64,000 bases of DNA from Hemiscyllium ocellatum (taxonomy: Eukaryota). Numbering within the stretch: position 1 is the stretch's first letter; each line of letters starts with the position of its first letter. Location: contig NC_083409.1 of NCBI RefSeq assembly GCF_020745735.1, forward strand, positions 18,434,341 to 18,498,340. The letters run 5' to 3'. The notes beneath the pieces are model-generated. The model did not search any database and was not told where the DNA came from. It saw only the letters and a program-made list of their open reading frames with translations. The position numbers were made by a program, and so were the translations under genes. Shown in pieces: positions 11,721-25,800 of this stretch.

Positions 11721-12964
11721 TACAAATTACTCTCCCATCGACTCATCAGGTCATATTCTCTACCATTCTCAACCTATCCCTACCTCAACACCCTGCTCCG
11801 CCCCATTCCCTTTATCTCCTTTTCCAATCTTTCCTCATCACAGCCCACTCATTCCAGGGATCAATCGGGTAAAATTCCTGTGAACCACCTCCGATGCATT
11901 TATATTCTTCCTTCAATAGGGAGACCAAAACTACCCTCAGTATTTGAGATGTGGTCACACCAATGTCCAGGAATAACTGAAACATCGCAGTCTCACTTTC
12001 TGGTCCTTAAGCACGTTTACACTCTCTTGTACCAGGCTTTTTACTGTCCATCTCTAATTGCCCTGGACCTGGTGGTGATTAGCTCCCATCTTGAACCCCT
12101 GCAGTCAGTCTGCTGTTGGTAGACCCACAATGTCATAGGAGGGGAATTCCAGGATTGTGACCCAGTGATGATGTAGGAACTGCTTCATATTTCCAAGTCA
12201 AACTGGTGAATGACTTGGAGAGGAACTTGCTGGGGTGATGGTCCCGTGTACCTGCTGTCCTTGTCCAAATATAAGTGGTCATGGGTTTGGAAGCTGTTGT
12301 CTCAGGATCTTTGGTGAATCTCTGCAGTGCATCTTGTAAATAGTACACAGAGCTGTTACTGAGCGTCGGTGTGGGGGGAATGCATGTGTGTGAATGTGGT
12401 TCCAATCAAGCGGGTAAACTTGTTTTCAACAAAATTTAAATAAAATAATATAAAACAGCATAAAATTAAATAAAATATAATTTTGCTGCCTTTTTGATAA
12501 AACATCACTGAACCCAAAAAGTTAAACCTCCTCTCCCACAGAGGCTGCACCTGTTCCCTTTCTCCAGCATCGTGCTTCTATTTGAGATTTGCAGTATTTT
12601 GTTTATGTATCTGTTTTAATGCCATTGGTTATAAGAGAAGCATTGGTCAGCACACTGGGGAGATTTTCCCTGAGATGGTCACAAAGCCCTTATATTCACA
12701 TCGACCTGAGAGGGCAGTGGTTTAACCGATCATCCAGCAGATGGCGTCTTTGCCTTTGCCAGCCTCAGGACAGTGCTCCAGTGTCTGGAGTGGGGCTTGA
12801 AAACCTGCAGGTTCAGGTGACGGTGTTATCACTGAACCCATCTATTCTTTTCTGGGATGTGGGAGTCACTGGCAAGACCAGCATTTGTTCCCCATCCCTA
12901 CCTGTCCTGAAACTGAGTGGCTTCTTTAGCCTTTTAAATGGCAGGTAAGGGTCAGCCACATTAC

Positions 12965-14463
12965 TGGAGTGCTGTTTTGTACATTCTGTGATACATGGAG
13001 ACTCTGTCAGTATTGGGTATCGCAAGGTATGTTCCCTCCATTGAACACTTTCCAACACACTCTCTCCATCTTTCTTTACTCCTTATTGACTCTACTACAA
13101 TTGTCCCTGTTCCCCCACCCCGTCCCGGTCCCAGAGGGATTGATGGCCGGAGTTCATGACCCCGCACTGTGTGAAGGTTGGTGTGAAGTGAGGCCAGTGT
13201 GTTGGAGATTGGGCTCCTGCCTCAGGCCCAGGTGTTGGGGCCTGTTCAACAATCTGCACATTGTCCTTTTCCTCTTTCTGAATGAACTGGATCAAGTTGC
13301 AGCAATGAGCTGGCGACAAGGTGTCTTGTCTAAAATGTTTCCAGCACTGGGCACAGAACTGGCTGAGTAGGAGGAGACAGAGGGCAGTGATGGGGGGATG
13401 GTTTTCAGAATGGAGGGCTGTGACTCGTGGTGTTCCACAGGGAACTCTGCTGTATATGGTCTACATAAATGATTTGGAGGAAAGCGTAGCTGGTCTAATT
13501 AGTAATTTTACAATTGATACAAAGATTGGTAGAAGTGCAGAGAATGAGAAGGATTATCTAGGATATGGCAGGATAGAGATGCTTGGACAGAAAAATGGCA
13601 GAGGTAGTTTAATCCAGACAAATGTGAGGTGATGCATTTTGGAAGGTGATGTACAGGTGGGAATTATACAGTGAATGACAGAATCCTTTGGAGTATTGAT
13701 ATGCAGAGGGATCTGGGTGTGTATGTTCACAGATCACTGAAGGTGCCAGCACAGGGAGGTAAGGCAGTAAAAAAGGCTGATGGCCTGGTTGCCTTCATTG
13801 GAAGGGGCATTGAGTGTAAGGACAGACAAGTTATGCTGCAGCTTTATAGAACTTTAGTTCGGCCACACTTGGAATAGTGCACACAGTTCTGGTTGCATAG
13901 AACTGCACACAGTCCAAAAAGAAGGATGTGGATGTTTTGAAGACGGTGCAGAAAATGTTTACCAGGATATTGTCTGGTATGGGGGGGATTGTAGTTCTGA
14001 AGAAAGGTTGGAGAGACTGAGTTTGTTTTCACTGGAATGCAGGAAAATGAGGTGCGTCCTGATAGAAGTTTACAGAGTTGTGAATGGGATAGGCAGAGTG
14101 GAAATAATGAGACTTTTTCCCAGGGTGGAGGGGTCAAATACTAGGGGACGCAGGTTCAAGGTGCAGGGGTTTGGGGGAATTCATTGTAAAGAGGTGTACA
14201 AACCAAGTATTTCACACAGAGGAAGTTGACTACCTGGAACACACAGCCAGAGGAGGGGGTGGAAGCAGACACAATAGAAGTATTCAAGAAATTCCTGCAC
14301 TAATGCATGAATAGGAAGGGAATAGAGGGATATGAATCCTGTCGATGAAGATAGTTTCAGTATAGAAGGGCAAAATGTATCAGCACAGGCTTGGAGGGCC
14401 GAAGGGCCTGTTCCTGTGCTGTATTGTCCCTTGTTCTTTGGTCCCTGCTGTTGAATTGGATTC
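12965..14463 (+). repeat. Left arm of a local inverted duplication (partner about 16596-17970), includes a CR1 3' fragment
   Basis: Shared non-CR1 flanks on both sides (gggcctgttcaacaatctgcacattgtcc and gtccctgctgttgaattggatt) occur reverse-complemented at about 17690 and about 16600. Confidence 0.85.
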
Positions 14464-15019
14464 TCGGGAGCCAGCTCCATATGAAGAGCCTGTTCTCATT
14501 CTTTTGTTGGAGTTCATGGGGCAGCTGCTGCTTCCTTGTTACGTCACTGATCAAACCAACAATGGGGAAAGCCTCTTGATATTTTAAATACACTGTCTGC
14601 AGGAAAATGTTTGGCTGAGGTTTTAATATTGTTTAATAAGATAATGACATCAATACACCAGTGTTCTTTACGGCTGGGAGCATTTAACATCATAGTCCTT
14701 GTTTCAAGTGGACTCTCACTCATGATAATACAGTTTTCAATGTTTCTCTCCCTTTATGTGTTACGAAGAGATTTGCCAACATGTTTTGGTGAGGACAGTG
14801 CATCTTCATTGGAGGATTGGAAGATGATATCTTCAGGACACACACACTAAACAACCCCACCACCCTGTGGCCGACCATTTCAACTCCCCATCCACTTGCT
14901 AAGGATATGCAAGTCCCTAGGCCTACTCCACCGCCAAATTGAAGCCATCTAACAACTGGAGGAAGAACACCACATCTTCCACCTTGAGACCCTCCAATGA
15001 CACGGAATGAATGTTATAG

Positions 15020-15640
15020 AGTCATAGAGTCATAGAGATGTACAGCATGGAAATAGACCCTTCAGTCCAACCCGTCCATGCCGACCAGATATCCCAACTC
15101 AATCTAGTCCCACCTGCCAGCACCCGGCCCATCTCCCTCCAAACCCTTCCTATTCATATACCCATTCAAATGCCTCTTAAATGTTGCAATTGCACCAGCC
15201 TCCACCACATCTTCTGGCAGCTCATTCCATACACATACCACCCTCTGCGTGAAAAAGTTGCCCCTTAGGTCTCTTTTGTATCTTTCTCCTCTCACCCTAA
15301 ACCTATGCCCTCTAGTTCTGGACTCCCCAACCACTGGGAAAAGATGTTGTCTATTTATCCTATCCATGCCCTTCGTAATTTTGTAAAACTCTATCAGGTT
15401 ATCACTCAGCCTCTGATGCTCCAGGGAAAACAGCACCAGCCTGTTCAGCCTCTCCCTGTAGCTCCGATCTTCCAACCCTGGCAACATCCTTGTAAATCTT
15501 TTCTGAACCCTTTCAAGTTTCACAACATCTTTCCAATAGGAAGGAGACCAGAATTGCATGCAATATTCCAGCAGTAGCCTAACCAATGTCCTGTACAGCC
15601 GCAACATGACCTCCCAACTCCTGTACTCAATACTCTGAAT
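15020..15640 (-). mobile_element. CR1 3' fragment
   Basis: ORF 15104-15763 contains EYRSWEVMLRLYRTLVRLLLEYCMQFWSP...CVWNELPE. Confidence 0.88.
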
Positions 15641-15950
15641 GTTGATGTTACTTGTTTCCTCATCTCCACTCCCCCAGCTTATCCCAGATCCAACCCTCCA
15701 ACTCGGCACCACCCTTTTGAACTGTCCTACCTGTCCATCTTCCTTCCCACCTATCCACTCCACCCTTCACTCTGACCTATCACTGTCACCCCCCCACCTC
15801 CACGTACCTATTGCAATCTTCATTACATTTTCCCCAGCCCCAATTCCCTCCTATTTATCTCTCCGACTCCTCACTCCCTCCTCTCCATTCCTGATGAAGA
15901 GCTTATGCTCAAAACGTCGACTCTCCTGCTCCAGGGATTCTGCCTAACCA
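15640..15950 (+). mobile_element. Penelope 3' end/terminal repeat with hammerhead motif (G12 mutated)
   Basis: ATTC-CTGATGA-A-GAGC-TTAT-GCTC-AAA-ACGT-C-GACT at 15887-15922. Confidence 0.7.
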
Positions 15951-16595
15951 GCGCTACATGATTTCACTCTGTGCTGTGGTAACAGTGTGTTAAAGCCCAG
16001 TGCAGGTCATCCGTCATCTCAATCGGAGCACAGGGTCTAAGGTTGGTCAGTAATGTCTGGCCCCAGAACAATAACACTGACTGACTGGAGACAACCCAGA
16101 TCAAGTCCCAGTGAGAGTGCTATTGACCTTCACACTCAAAGCCCACCAAGGAGGTGGTTGTTGTTAGTTTCAATGTTGCCACAGATTAAATTCTCCCAGA
16201 GATTCATAATTCATTCCAGATTTTAAACAAGGGAGGGATGTTGTGGGGAGACAGATGGGAAGGCATGGAGAGGAAACAAAAAGGAGAGAGAATTGCCCTT
16301 CTGTTACACTGTTCATGAGCTCAGGATGTTCAAAGATGTTTTACAGCTAATGGAGAAATTCCAAAGTCTAGTCATTGTTGTAATATGGGCGGGGGAATGA
16401 CAGCTCCCCCGAACAGAAGGAATGCAAAAACTGCTATCACTATGAGAGTGGAAAGGTCGGGTGGAGACAATGACAGTGACACCCTCCACAGAGAGAGAGG
16501 GGAAAGTACGCAGACACATTTAAAACTGTATTAACACAAGTGAGAAATCAAACAAACACCCACTCCATCATGAGTCTTCCTGCATTGTTGGTTTG

Positions 16596-17970
16596 AATCC
16601 AATTCAACAGCAGGGACCAAAGAACAAGGAACTATACAGCACAGGAACAGGCCCTTCGGCCCTCCCAGCCTGTGTTGACACATTTTGCCCTTCCTCACCG
16701 AAACTGTATTCACCTACAGGATTCATATCCCTCTATTCCCTTCTTTTCCGTGTATTCATCCAGGTATTTCTTGAATGCTGCTATTGTGTCTGCTTCCACC
16801 ACTTCCACTGGCAGCGTGTTCCAGCCCTCACCACCGTTTGTGTGAAATACTTACCTCACACATCTGTTTTAATTCCCCACTGCACCCACCCACCCCCTCC
16901 CACACCTTGTACCTGTGTCCCCTAGTAACTGACCCCTCTACCCTGGGAAAATCCCTCATATCAGACAGCATTCTTGGTACATTTTTTCAGTACCCTCTCC
17001 AAAGCATCCACATCCTTCTGGTCATGGTGACCAGAACCATATGCAATATTCCAAGTGTGGCCAAACTAAAGTTCAGTAAAGCTGCAGTATAACTTGTCTA
17101 TCCTAATCCTCAGTGCTCCTCCCAATGTAGCCAAGCCTGCCATTGCCTTTTTTACTACCTTAGGTGCTGCCACCATCAGTGATCTGTGAACATGTACACC
17201 CAGATCCCTCTGCATTTCAATACTCCAATGGATTCTGCCATTCACTGTGCAGGTATTCTGCCACGTGCTTCATCTTTCAAAATGCATCATCTCACATTTA
17301 TTTGGATTAAACTTCATCTGCCATTTTCTATCCATGCATCCAATTGATCTATGTCCTGCTGTATCCTCTGATAATCTGATCATTAACTGCAACTCCAGCA
17401 ATCTTTGTGGCATCCACAAACTCATGAATTAGACTAGCCATGTTTTCGTCCAAATCACTTATGGAGACCATGGACAGCAAAGGTACCATCATTGATCCCT
17501 GCAAAACCCCACAAGACACAGCCCTCCATTCTGAAATCCATCCTTCCATCACTATGCTCTCTCCTCTGACTCAGCCAGTTCTGTATCCAATGCTGGGAAC
17601 ATTTTAGACAAGACACCTTGTTGCCAGCTCGTTACTGCAACTTGATCCAGTTCATTCAGAAAGAGACAAAGGACAATGTGCAGATTGTTGAACAGGCCCC
17701 TACACCTGGGCCTGAGGGAGGGGCCCAAGCTCCAATACACTACACATGAAATTTAAGACAGAGTGGGGTCATGAAGTCTGTCCATATGTTCCTTTGGGAC
17801 CGGAAAGGAGTGAGGAAATAGAGGCAATTGTAGAAGAGTCAATAAGGATTAAAGCAAGATGGAGAGCGCGTTTTGGAAAGGGATTAGTGGAGAAAATATA
17901 CTTTTTGCCACCCAACGTTGACATAGTCTCCGTGTATCACATCATGAATAAAATAGCACACTGTGAGGAC
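16596..17970 (-). repeat. Right arm of the local inverted duplication
   Basis: Reverse complement of 12965-14463, roughly 80% by eye. Confidence 0.85.
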
Positions 17971-18064
17971 AATCAAAAGTTACACCAAAGTGCTTATTTT
18001 TGATATATCACAGCATGCAGAGCATTTTTATTGTGGTGCAATTAGGTATCCTGGTTCAAAAGAT

Positions 18065-18066
<2 letters not shown>

Positions 18067-18100
<34 letters not shown>
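18067..18100. repeat. (TC)17 microsatellite
   Basis: Direct reading of the sequence. Confidence 0.97.
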
Positions 18101-18103
<3 letters not shown>

Positions 18104-20136
18104 TGTACAGATCCAGCTGGTTCGATCCTCACAGAGCCCCAGTTTATTTGGACTGTACAGTAATGTGGAAATGTCGATGGTGGACTGGGGTACACCTGAT
18201 AAAGGAGCAGCGCTTCAGAAGCTTGTGATTTCAAATGAATCAGTTGGGCTAGAACCTGGTGTAGTGAGTCCTCTGACTTTGTATTGTTCAGGCACAGTGA
18301 AACAGCTGCTTTCTAGTTACTATGGAGGACTTGCACAGCTGCTGAAGACTATGGGTAATGACTCCTTCCATTAGCTGCAAACACACCAGTAGTCATTCCA
18401 GTGGATTCCAGTGGGAATGACCAATCAGTTGCTTTGACCTAGTTCCCCAGTTAATCAGGCCATGGCTGACCTGGAATACATTCTCCCTTTGTCCTGTAAA
18501 CCGTACTGCCCTGAGAAAATGGATATTGAAACCCAACCTCAACAGCTTTTTATTTTGGATTGAGGGTTCCAGATTTCCATCACTCTGTCGGAAAGAAATT
18601 TTCCTGAAATCGTCTGAATTACAATTTTAACAACCCTCTTGTTCTGGACTCTGGGACTGGAAAAAACAATTTACATCAACACTGTTCATCACCTCTGGGG
18701 AAAAGTCTCACTGATGTAACCTGTTCTTTCTCATTACCAGTTTCTGATCTGAAGGTGACATCACAGGCTGGATACTGAGAGGGTGGATCCTGTTATCGGG
18801 CAGATGAGGACTGGAGGGCAGGTTTAACACAAACCAGTCTCCAGTTTAAAGGGAAGGAGGGGTTTTCTTGCTGAGGATTGATAGTCTGTGGAATTCTCTT
18901 CTCTACATGGGAATGGAGGTTCACTCATGGAGTTGGCACAAGGTTACAGTCGACAGATTTTTTGATGAACAAGGCAATTAAGGATAATGGGAGGGGGTGG
19001 GGAAGCAGAAAGTACGGGCGAGACCATAACCAGATGAGCAGTGATCTTCTTCATTGGCACAGCAGCTCCCAAAAGGCCTGCTCCTGCTCCTGGGCCCTAT
19101 GTTCTGACAGAGGCTGCAGCAATTCTGGACCCCCATCTTTCCTTTGTCACTCACTGACAAAAATGTAATTTTAAAATGAAAATTATTTTTTTGAACAAGA
19201 CCAACTCAATTCTTGTTGCAGTCATTTTCTTTGCTGGCTTTTAATTTCAACAGGGTTTTAGCAACACGTCATTTGTCTAATGTTGCAGTGGAGACAGACA
19301 CAAGGCAGTGAGGCCTCAGAGAACACCGAGAGCTTTCACTCTGCACAACAAGGCTGTCAGCACAAGCATCTGGTGACAGGATTGTAGGGGGTTGAAAAGG
19401 AGAGAGTCACGGAGAAAAGAGACCTTATAGTTCAAAATAAAACCTCTTCCTATATTCCCACACTTTAATGAATTAATGTTAGAGGATTAGAGACCCAGAA
19501 CGGTGAGAGTGTGCTGGCTCAGAGGCTAAAAGGCAGAGAGCAAGGAGCTGCATTATTCCTTCTCATTGTTATTTCTGCTTCATCATTGGTGAGCTTCATA
19601 AATATTGCCCACCCCCAGTTGCTTGGACGAAGTTCTTTGCTGAGCCAGATCATGGGGTCATTAAAAATGGATCATGTCACGGTGGGGCAGGAGTCACAGA
19701 CCAGGCACCCTCGCCAAAAGAACATTTGTGAACATCACATTGAATTTCATGTCTTTTTTTGTACAAATTCCAGCACCTTCCTTTCCAGATATTACATGGC
19801 TCACCACCGCCCTCTCCAGGACAATTAGGGGAAGGCAACCAATAACCAACACGTCAACGCCCGCCCCATCCCGGGAGAAATCAGGAGAAATGATGTAAAA
19901 TTAAAATGATCAAACTGGTGAGGCTTGAATTCATCTCTTTGAAAGACTGGACTCTCGGTCAGAAACAGAGCCATGACATGGGTGAACCTGGTTTGTCAGA
20001 CTGAAAGGTGGAGAGTCCTTTGGATTGACGCTGGGATCAGCAAAAAAATGAATTGCACTCAAAGATTGAACAAACAGCTATCAAAGTGGGTCACCAAACT
20101 GCAGAGTACAGCACTTGCAGCGACGCGTCCCCACCA

Positions 20137-20443
20137 CGGTGGCACAGTGGTTAGCACTGCTGTCTCACAGCGCCTGAGACCCGGGTTCAATTCCCACCTC
20201 AGGCGACTGACTGTGTGGAGTTTGCACGTTCTCCCCGTGTCTGCGTGGGTTTCCTCCGGGTGCTCCGGTTTCCTCCCACAGTCCAAAGATGTGCGGGTCA
20301 GGTGAATTGGCCGTGCTAAATTGCCCGTAGTGTTAGGTAAGGGGCAAATGTAGGGGTATGGGTGGGTTGCGCTTCGGCGGGTCGGTGTGGACTTGTTGGG
20401 CCGAAGGGCCTGTTTCCACACTGTAAGTAATCTAATCTAATCT
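20137..20443 (+). mobile_element. tRNA-derived SINE (HE1/V-SINE-like), full length
   Basis: A box ggcacagtggtta, B box gggttcaattcc, core tgtggagtttgcacgttctccccgtgtctgcgtgggtttcctccggg, CR1-like 3' tail ggccgaagggcctg and (TAATC)n end. Confidence 0.9.
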
Positions 20444-21289
20444 CTCTCCTTGCTGTTGCCCTTCCCTAACTGTCCTGGAGAGGGCGGTGGTGAGCCATGA
20501 GTTTCTCGAAGAGAATCTGACAGAGGGACAAGGTCATGTCCTCGGCCTGAGCACAACTGCCTGACCTGCTGTGCTTTTCCAGCACCACACTTTTTGACTC
20601 TGAGTAAACTATCCTTCAGGAGAATGAGCTGTGGCACATGGGAAAACCTGGGAGTATTGGAAAGGCATCAGCAGCCTGGTCAGCCTGCAGAGGGGCAGAA
20701 ACAGATTTGATGAATGAGATGATATCCTTTCAGAGCTACACAGTTTACATTGTTACTGACGGTGACTCCATGGGCAATGCTCCTGCTTCAGAGTCAAATG
20801 GTCATTGCATTGAAAGCCACCTCAGAAATGAGAACACAGAATCCAGGCTGAGACTGCAGTGAACTCTGACACAATGTTATGTATGGGATGTTCATTTAAA
20901 GCCCCACCAGCACCATCCAGACCCCAATCCCTCCACCTCAGGGGGCTCGACAAGATCCCATTCTGAAGAGATTCCCTCAGGTATCCTGCTCAATATTCAA
21001 CTAATGCCACCAAAAGGATTTGTCTCATCATTCGTTTGCTGATTTTGGGACCTCAGCATTTTGTCTTGTGAAGGTGATTGCACTGTGCAGGCAGCTTTAA
21101 ATATCCTGGGACGATTACAAAAAAACACTGCACCAACAAGTGTTCTTTCTTCCTGTCACATAACAGGGGAGTAAATCAGTAACTGAAAATCCACACTGAA
21201 GGCAAACACTGAAGCTTCAGCTGAAAGGCTTTTTGCACCACGTTAACCTGCGCCCTGGGCATTTCCTTCCAGTGTCCGAGATCGTTACC

Positions 21290-22830
21290 AGGCTGGGATG
21301 GAGGCTTACAGGAGGCTGGAAGAACACAGCAAGTCAGGCAGAATCTGGAGGTGGAGCAGTCAACATTTCGGGTATAACCCTTCTTCAGAACTGCAGGTGG
21401 GGGTAAGGGGAGCTGCAAATCAAGGTGGGATCGGTTGTTTGCGTGGGTGGAGGGGAATGGTGGAGTGGAAGGTATTGATGGATGAACACAGGTAGAGGGT
21501 TGGAAGTGCTTAGTCGATGGGAGGAATGAATCCATATGGTGGCTGGAAGGGAGGGTCCGTAAGTGGAATAGAATGGAGGAGGGGGACTGGAAAGGGAGTC
21601 GAAAGTTGGGAAAGGCAGGCTTTTTGAAACTGGAGAACTCAATGTTGATTCCTCTGGGTTGTAAGCAACCCCGGGCAAAAGATAATTATTTGTTCCTCCA
21701 ATTTGCAGTCTGATTGCTTATGGTAATGGAGGAGGCAGAGGATAGTCATGTCAGAGAGGGAATAGGAAGGGGAATTGAAATAGGCAGTGACTGGGAGGCC
21801 AGGTCAGCCTTTGTGAGCATGGCTGAGATGCTCATCAAAACATGTCCTTAGTTTACGTTTGGTCTCACCGATGCAGAGAAGACCACAACGGGTGCACCGG
21901 ATACAATAAACTAGGTTGGAGGAGAGGCAGGTGAACCTCTGTCTGACCTGGAAGGACTGGGGCCCTGGATGGAAATGACAGGGTTTGGTGTGTGGGCAGG
22001 TTTTGCATCTTTTACAGTTGCAGGGGAAGGTACCAGGGTTTTGTTGGGGGAGGAGGGGGTAGGTGTGAAGTGTGGTGAAAACCAAGGATTGGCAAAGGGA
22101 ACAGTCCTTGTGGAAGGCAGAGAGGGGTGGGGAGGGGAAGATGTTCTTGATAGTGGGGTCGAGCTGGAGTTGTCAGAATTGTTTGAGGATGATACGTTGG
22201 ATGCGGAGATTGATTGGACGTAAGGTGAAGACAAGGGGGACCCTGTCTCTATTGCATTTTGGAGGGGAGTGTTTAGATTTGGGGAGCAGAGAATGGAGGA
22301 GGTGCGGTGGAGGGCTTTCTGGATGGCAGAGGTGGGAAAAGTACATTGTTCAAAATAAGTGGACATCTGGGACACTTGGGAGGGGAGCATCTCCTCGTTC
22401 GAGCAGATATCACGGAGATGGAAGAATTGGGAAAACGGGGTGGTGTTCTTGCAGGATACTGGTTGGGAGGAGGTGTTGACCAGGTAGTTGTGTGAGTCTG
22501 TGGATTTACAGTAAATGTCTGTTCCTAGACTGTCACCGGAGATGGAAATGGGGCAGTCAAGAAAGGAGAGGGATTTGTCCAAGATAGACTACGTGAATTT
22601 GAGGGCAGGTTGGAAGTTGTTAGCAAAGTTGATGAACAGCTCCAGTTCAGCCTGAGTGCAGGATGCAGTACTGATGGAGTCACTGATGTAATGGTGGATG
22701 ATTTGGGGAATGGTGCCTGTGCATGTACTGGTGAGGTGTTGTTTGATGTAGCCGACAACAAGCAGACATAGCTGGGACCCATGGCCACCCACTGGATTTG
22801 GAGGAAATGGGAAGAGTTGAAGGAAGCTGA
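21290..22830 (-). mobile_element. Penelope-like element, decayed (RT, GIY-YIG, terminal repeat)
   Basis: MGPSYVCL and FINFANNFQPALKFT (RT); CIRCTRCGLLCIGETKRKLR (GIY-YIG); terminal repeat at about 21290-21450. Confidence 0.88.
21357..21393 (-). ncRNA. Minimal type-I hammerhead ribozyme motif with intact core
   Basis: RNA CAGUU-CUGAAGA-A-GGGU-UAU-ACCC-GAA-AUGU-U-GACUG: 5-bp stem I, 4-bp stem II, near-palindromic stem III, GUU cleavage triplet. Confidence 0.65.
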
Positions 22831-25800
22831 CAGATCACATGGAAATGTTTGGAAAAGGTTCACAAGGACACAGTCCAGGCTTCCTGCAAATATCAGCCTT
22901 CCTTCTATTGTAGTGCTTCTTCATAGGAGCTTCTCTATGGCGGTTTCAAGTACACATCCTCCGTGGAAATATCACAGACTTTCTGAAATGGAATGAACTG
23001 AAAGAAGAGAAGGAAATGGGAAGAATTAACCAGACAAGGGTGAGCATCAAGAGAGATGGGAGTGTGTGGGAGACTCTGTGCCATTAAAAAATCCCAAAGG
23101 AGTTTCACAAGAAAAGCTCAAATCTTTACAAGGATTTAACAGGGAGATGACTTACTGACATCAAACAGGTTGGGTGTTAGGGACCCTGTGCCTCTGGTGC
23201 CTAACTCTATATGAGACATTACAGTCAAGGATGGTTGATGTGTAAATAAAGGGTGACTTGATGATGTGGAGTTATTTCATGATCAATGACCGCGGGCATA
23301 GATTTAAGGGAAATGGCAGAAGATTAAGAGGGAATGTGAGGAAACATGCTTTCATGCAGAAGGTGGTGGTAATTTGTAACTTGCTTTCTGTAAGGGTAGT
23401 TGAGGCAGAAGCTCTCCCATAACATTGACGTACTTTGATGTGCAGCTGTGATGCCAAGGTTTACAGGGCTGCGGGCCAACTGCTGGAACATGGAATTAGA
23501 ATAGTGAGGTGGTTGTTCGGCTGGCTTTGGCTCATTGGGCCGAAGGGCCTTGTTCTTGTAGACCTGTTGTAGACATCTGACTCTGCCAGGACTCCAGCAA
23601 TGTGGCTGACCCTTACCTGCCATTTGAAAGGCCGAGCAAGCCACTCAGTTTCAGGGCAGTTAGGGATGGAGAACAAATGCTGGTCTTGTCAGTGACACCC
23701 ACATCCCAGGAAAGAATAGACGGCCTCAGTGGTAACACCGTCACCTGAACCTGCAGGTTTCAAGCCCCACTCCAGACACTGGAGCACTATCCTGAGGCTG
23801 GCAAAGGTAAAGACGCCATCTGCTGGATGATCGGTTAAACCACTGCCCTCTCAGGTCAATGTGAATAAAAGGGCTTTGTGACCATCTCAGGAAAACTCTC
23901 CCCAGTGTGCTGACTAATGCTTCTCTTATAACCAATGGTATTAAAACAGATACAAGAGTAAAATACAGCAAATCTCAAATAAAACAAGATGCTGGAGAAA
24001 GGGAACAGGTGCAGCCACATTAGAGAGAGGAGGTAATAATGTTTTGGATTCAGTGATGTTTTATCAAAAAGAAGCCACAGTTTTTGATGATTTTATTTCA
24101 TTTTAACCTGTTTTATGTTATTTTGTTTTATTTAAATCTTGTTTATCAAATTGCAGCCGGCTTGATTGGCACCACATCGACATATATCCATTGCCTCCAC
24201 ACTGACCCTCAGTAACAGCTGTGAGCACTATCTACAAGATACATTGCAGAGGTTCAGCAAAGATCCTGAGAGAGCACCTTCCAAACCCATGACCACGTCC
24301 ATCAAGAAGGACATGGTAGCAGATACACAGGAACACCACTCTTTGCAAGTTCCCCTCATTGAAATATATCGCTGTTCCTACATTGTTATTGGGTCAGACT
24401 CATGGAATTCCCTTCCTCCGCACATTGTGGGTCTACCTACAGCACACAGACTGTAACAGTTCGAGAAAGCAGCTCAGCGCCACTGTGTACATGACAATGA
24501 GAGATGGACAGTAACAAGGCTGGTGCAAAGTAAGAGCAGGTGTGATTAGGGATCTGAAAGTGAGAATGTGATGTTTCAGTTCTTCCTGGACATCTCAAGG
24601 TTTGTATGAACTTTTGGTCTCCTAATTGCAGAAAGAATATAAATCCATTGGAAGTGTTTCAGAGGAGTTTTACCCGACTGATCCCTGGTATGAGGGGGCT
24701 GTGTGGTGAGGAAGGATCGGAAAGGCTGGCCTTGATCTCACTGGAGTTTCAAAGAGTGGGGGTTTTTCCTGTCCCACTGTATTCTCCAAACCCTTACCTG
24801 ACCCCCTCTTGGGTCATACCCTCCTGCCCCTTACTAACATGGAATTGGACTGCCCAGTCCTGAGGCTTACACCTTCCATCTGGAACAAAGTCTCCAGGTA
24901 GCTCTGACCCTCCCTGATGTATCAGGATTCTTACAACTCAGCTTCCAATCCAAACCCCCTGAGTGGGAGTTGCTGTAGATTTATACAGTCACTACAGATG
25001 TATTTACCCTGAATCATTTCAGTTTAATGAACAAATGCTGATCCCACTTACAAATGAAAGAAATCAATTCTTTCATGAAACTAGTAATTGTCCTCAGTCT
25101 CTGGATCAATGTTTCAGTACTTTTCATTTCTAGGATTTCCCTATTTGAGGTTTCCTAAGCATACTATTTATATGGTTCCTTACACAAAGCTCTTCCCAGC
25201 TGATCTGGTCAACAGACTCCTGTCCCCTTGTTTATTATTTTGCTATTTTCAAACCAAGTGCATGTGCAGGCTCCCATCAGCTGAAGTGACAGTTCCAAAC
25301 CAGTTTGGAAAAGCAAAGGTAGACCTCCTTCCCACAGTTCACCGAACTCCCACATTGACCAAACCTCCCAGCATCCCCCTCTGTGCCAGCTGCACTGAGT
25401 GCCAACTGCAGGATATAGGCTGCCCTGTATTTATACTGGTGCTAATTGATATCACTTTGTTCTGTCGTGCTATTAGAGTCATAGAGACAGCACAGAGACA
25501 GAACCTTCGGTTCAACTTGTCCACGCTGACCAGATATCCCAACGCAATCTAGTTCCACTTGCCAATGCTCAGGATCTGGGTTAAGTTAGATCATTTCTCA
25601 GTCTGAAGCTTCCTTCTTTCAGCCTGAGAAATACGTTACTTTTATAACCAACAAATGTGACTTTAATGCTGGAATCTGTTTTGAAGATTAATGGGCTCAA
25701 TGGTTTGATTCAATGTGGTAAGATAAGAAATATCTGTGTCACTTGCTGTAATTCAGTCTTCTCTAACCAATCTCTTCAGGGGCCAGGATGAGTGTGAGGA

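Larger units (their letters stand above)
8600..12975 (-). repeat. Inverted segmental duplication of about 23590-27300 (3' flank of kappa C)
   Basis: 8800-9570 is the reverse complement of about 26030-26790 (the shared ATVESGTESKGFLIHQQPP translation is a marker of this). Also 11190-11475/25760-26025, 11800-12360/24150-24760 and 12400-12975/23590-24130. Confidence 0.9.

Noticed and set aside
12961-13319. Short ORFs shared with 17552-18003 as a decayed host exon
   Set aside because: The frames are not preserved between the copies, and I saw no splice signals or recognisable domain.
20137-20215. tRNA gene
   Set aside because: The A and B boxes continue into a SINE core and tail, and the element has multiple dispersed copies.
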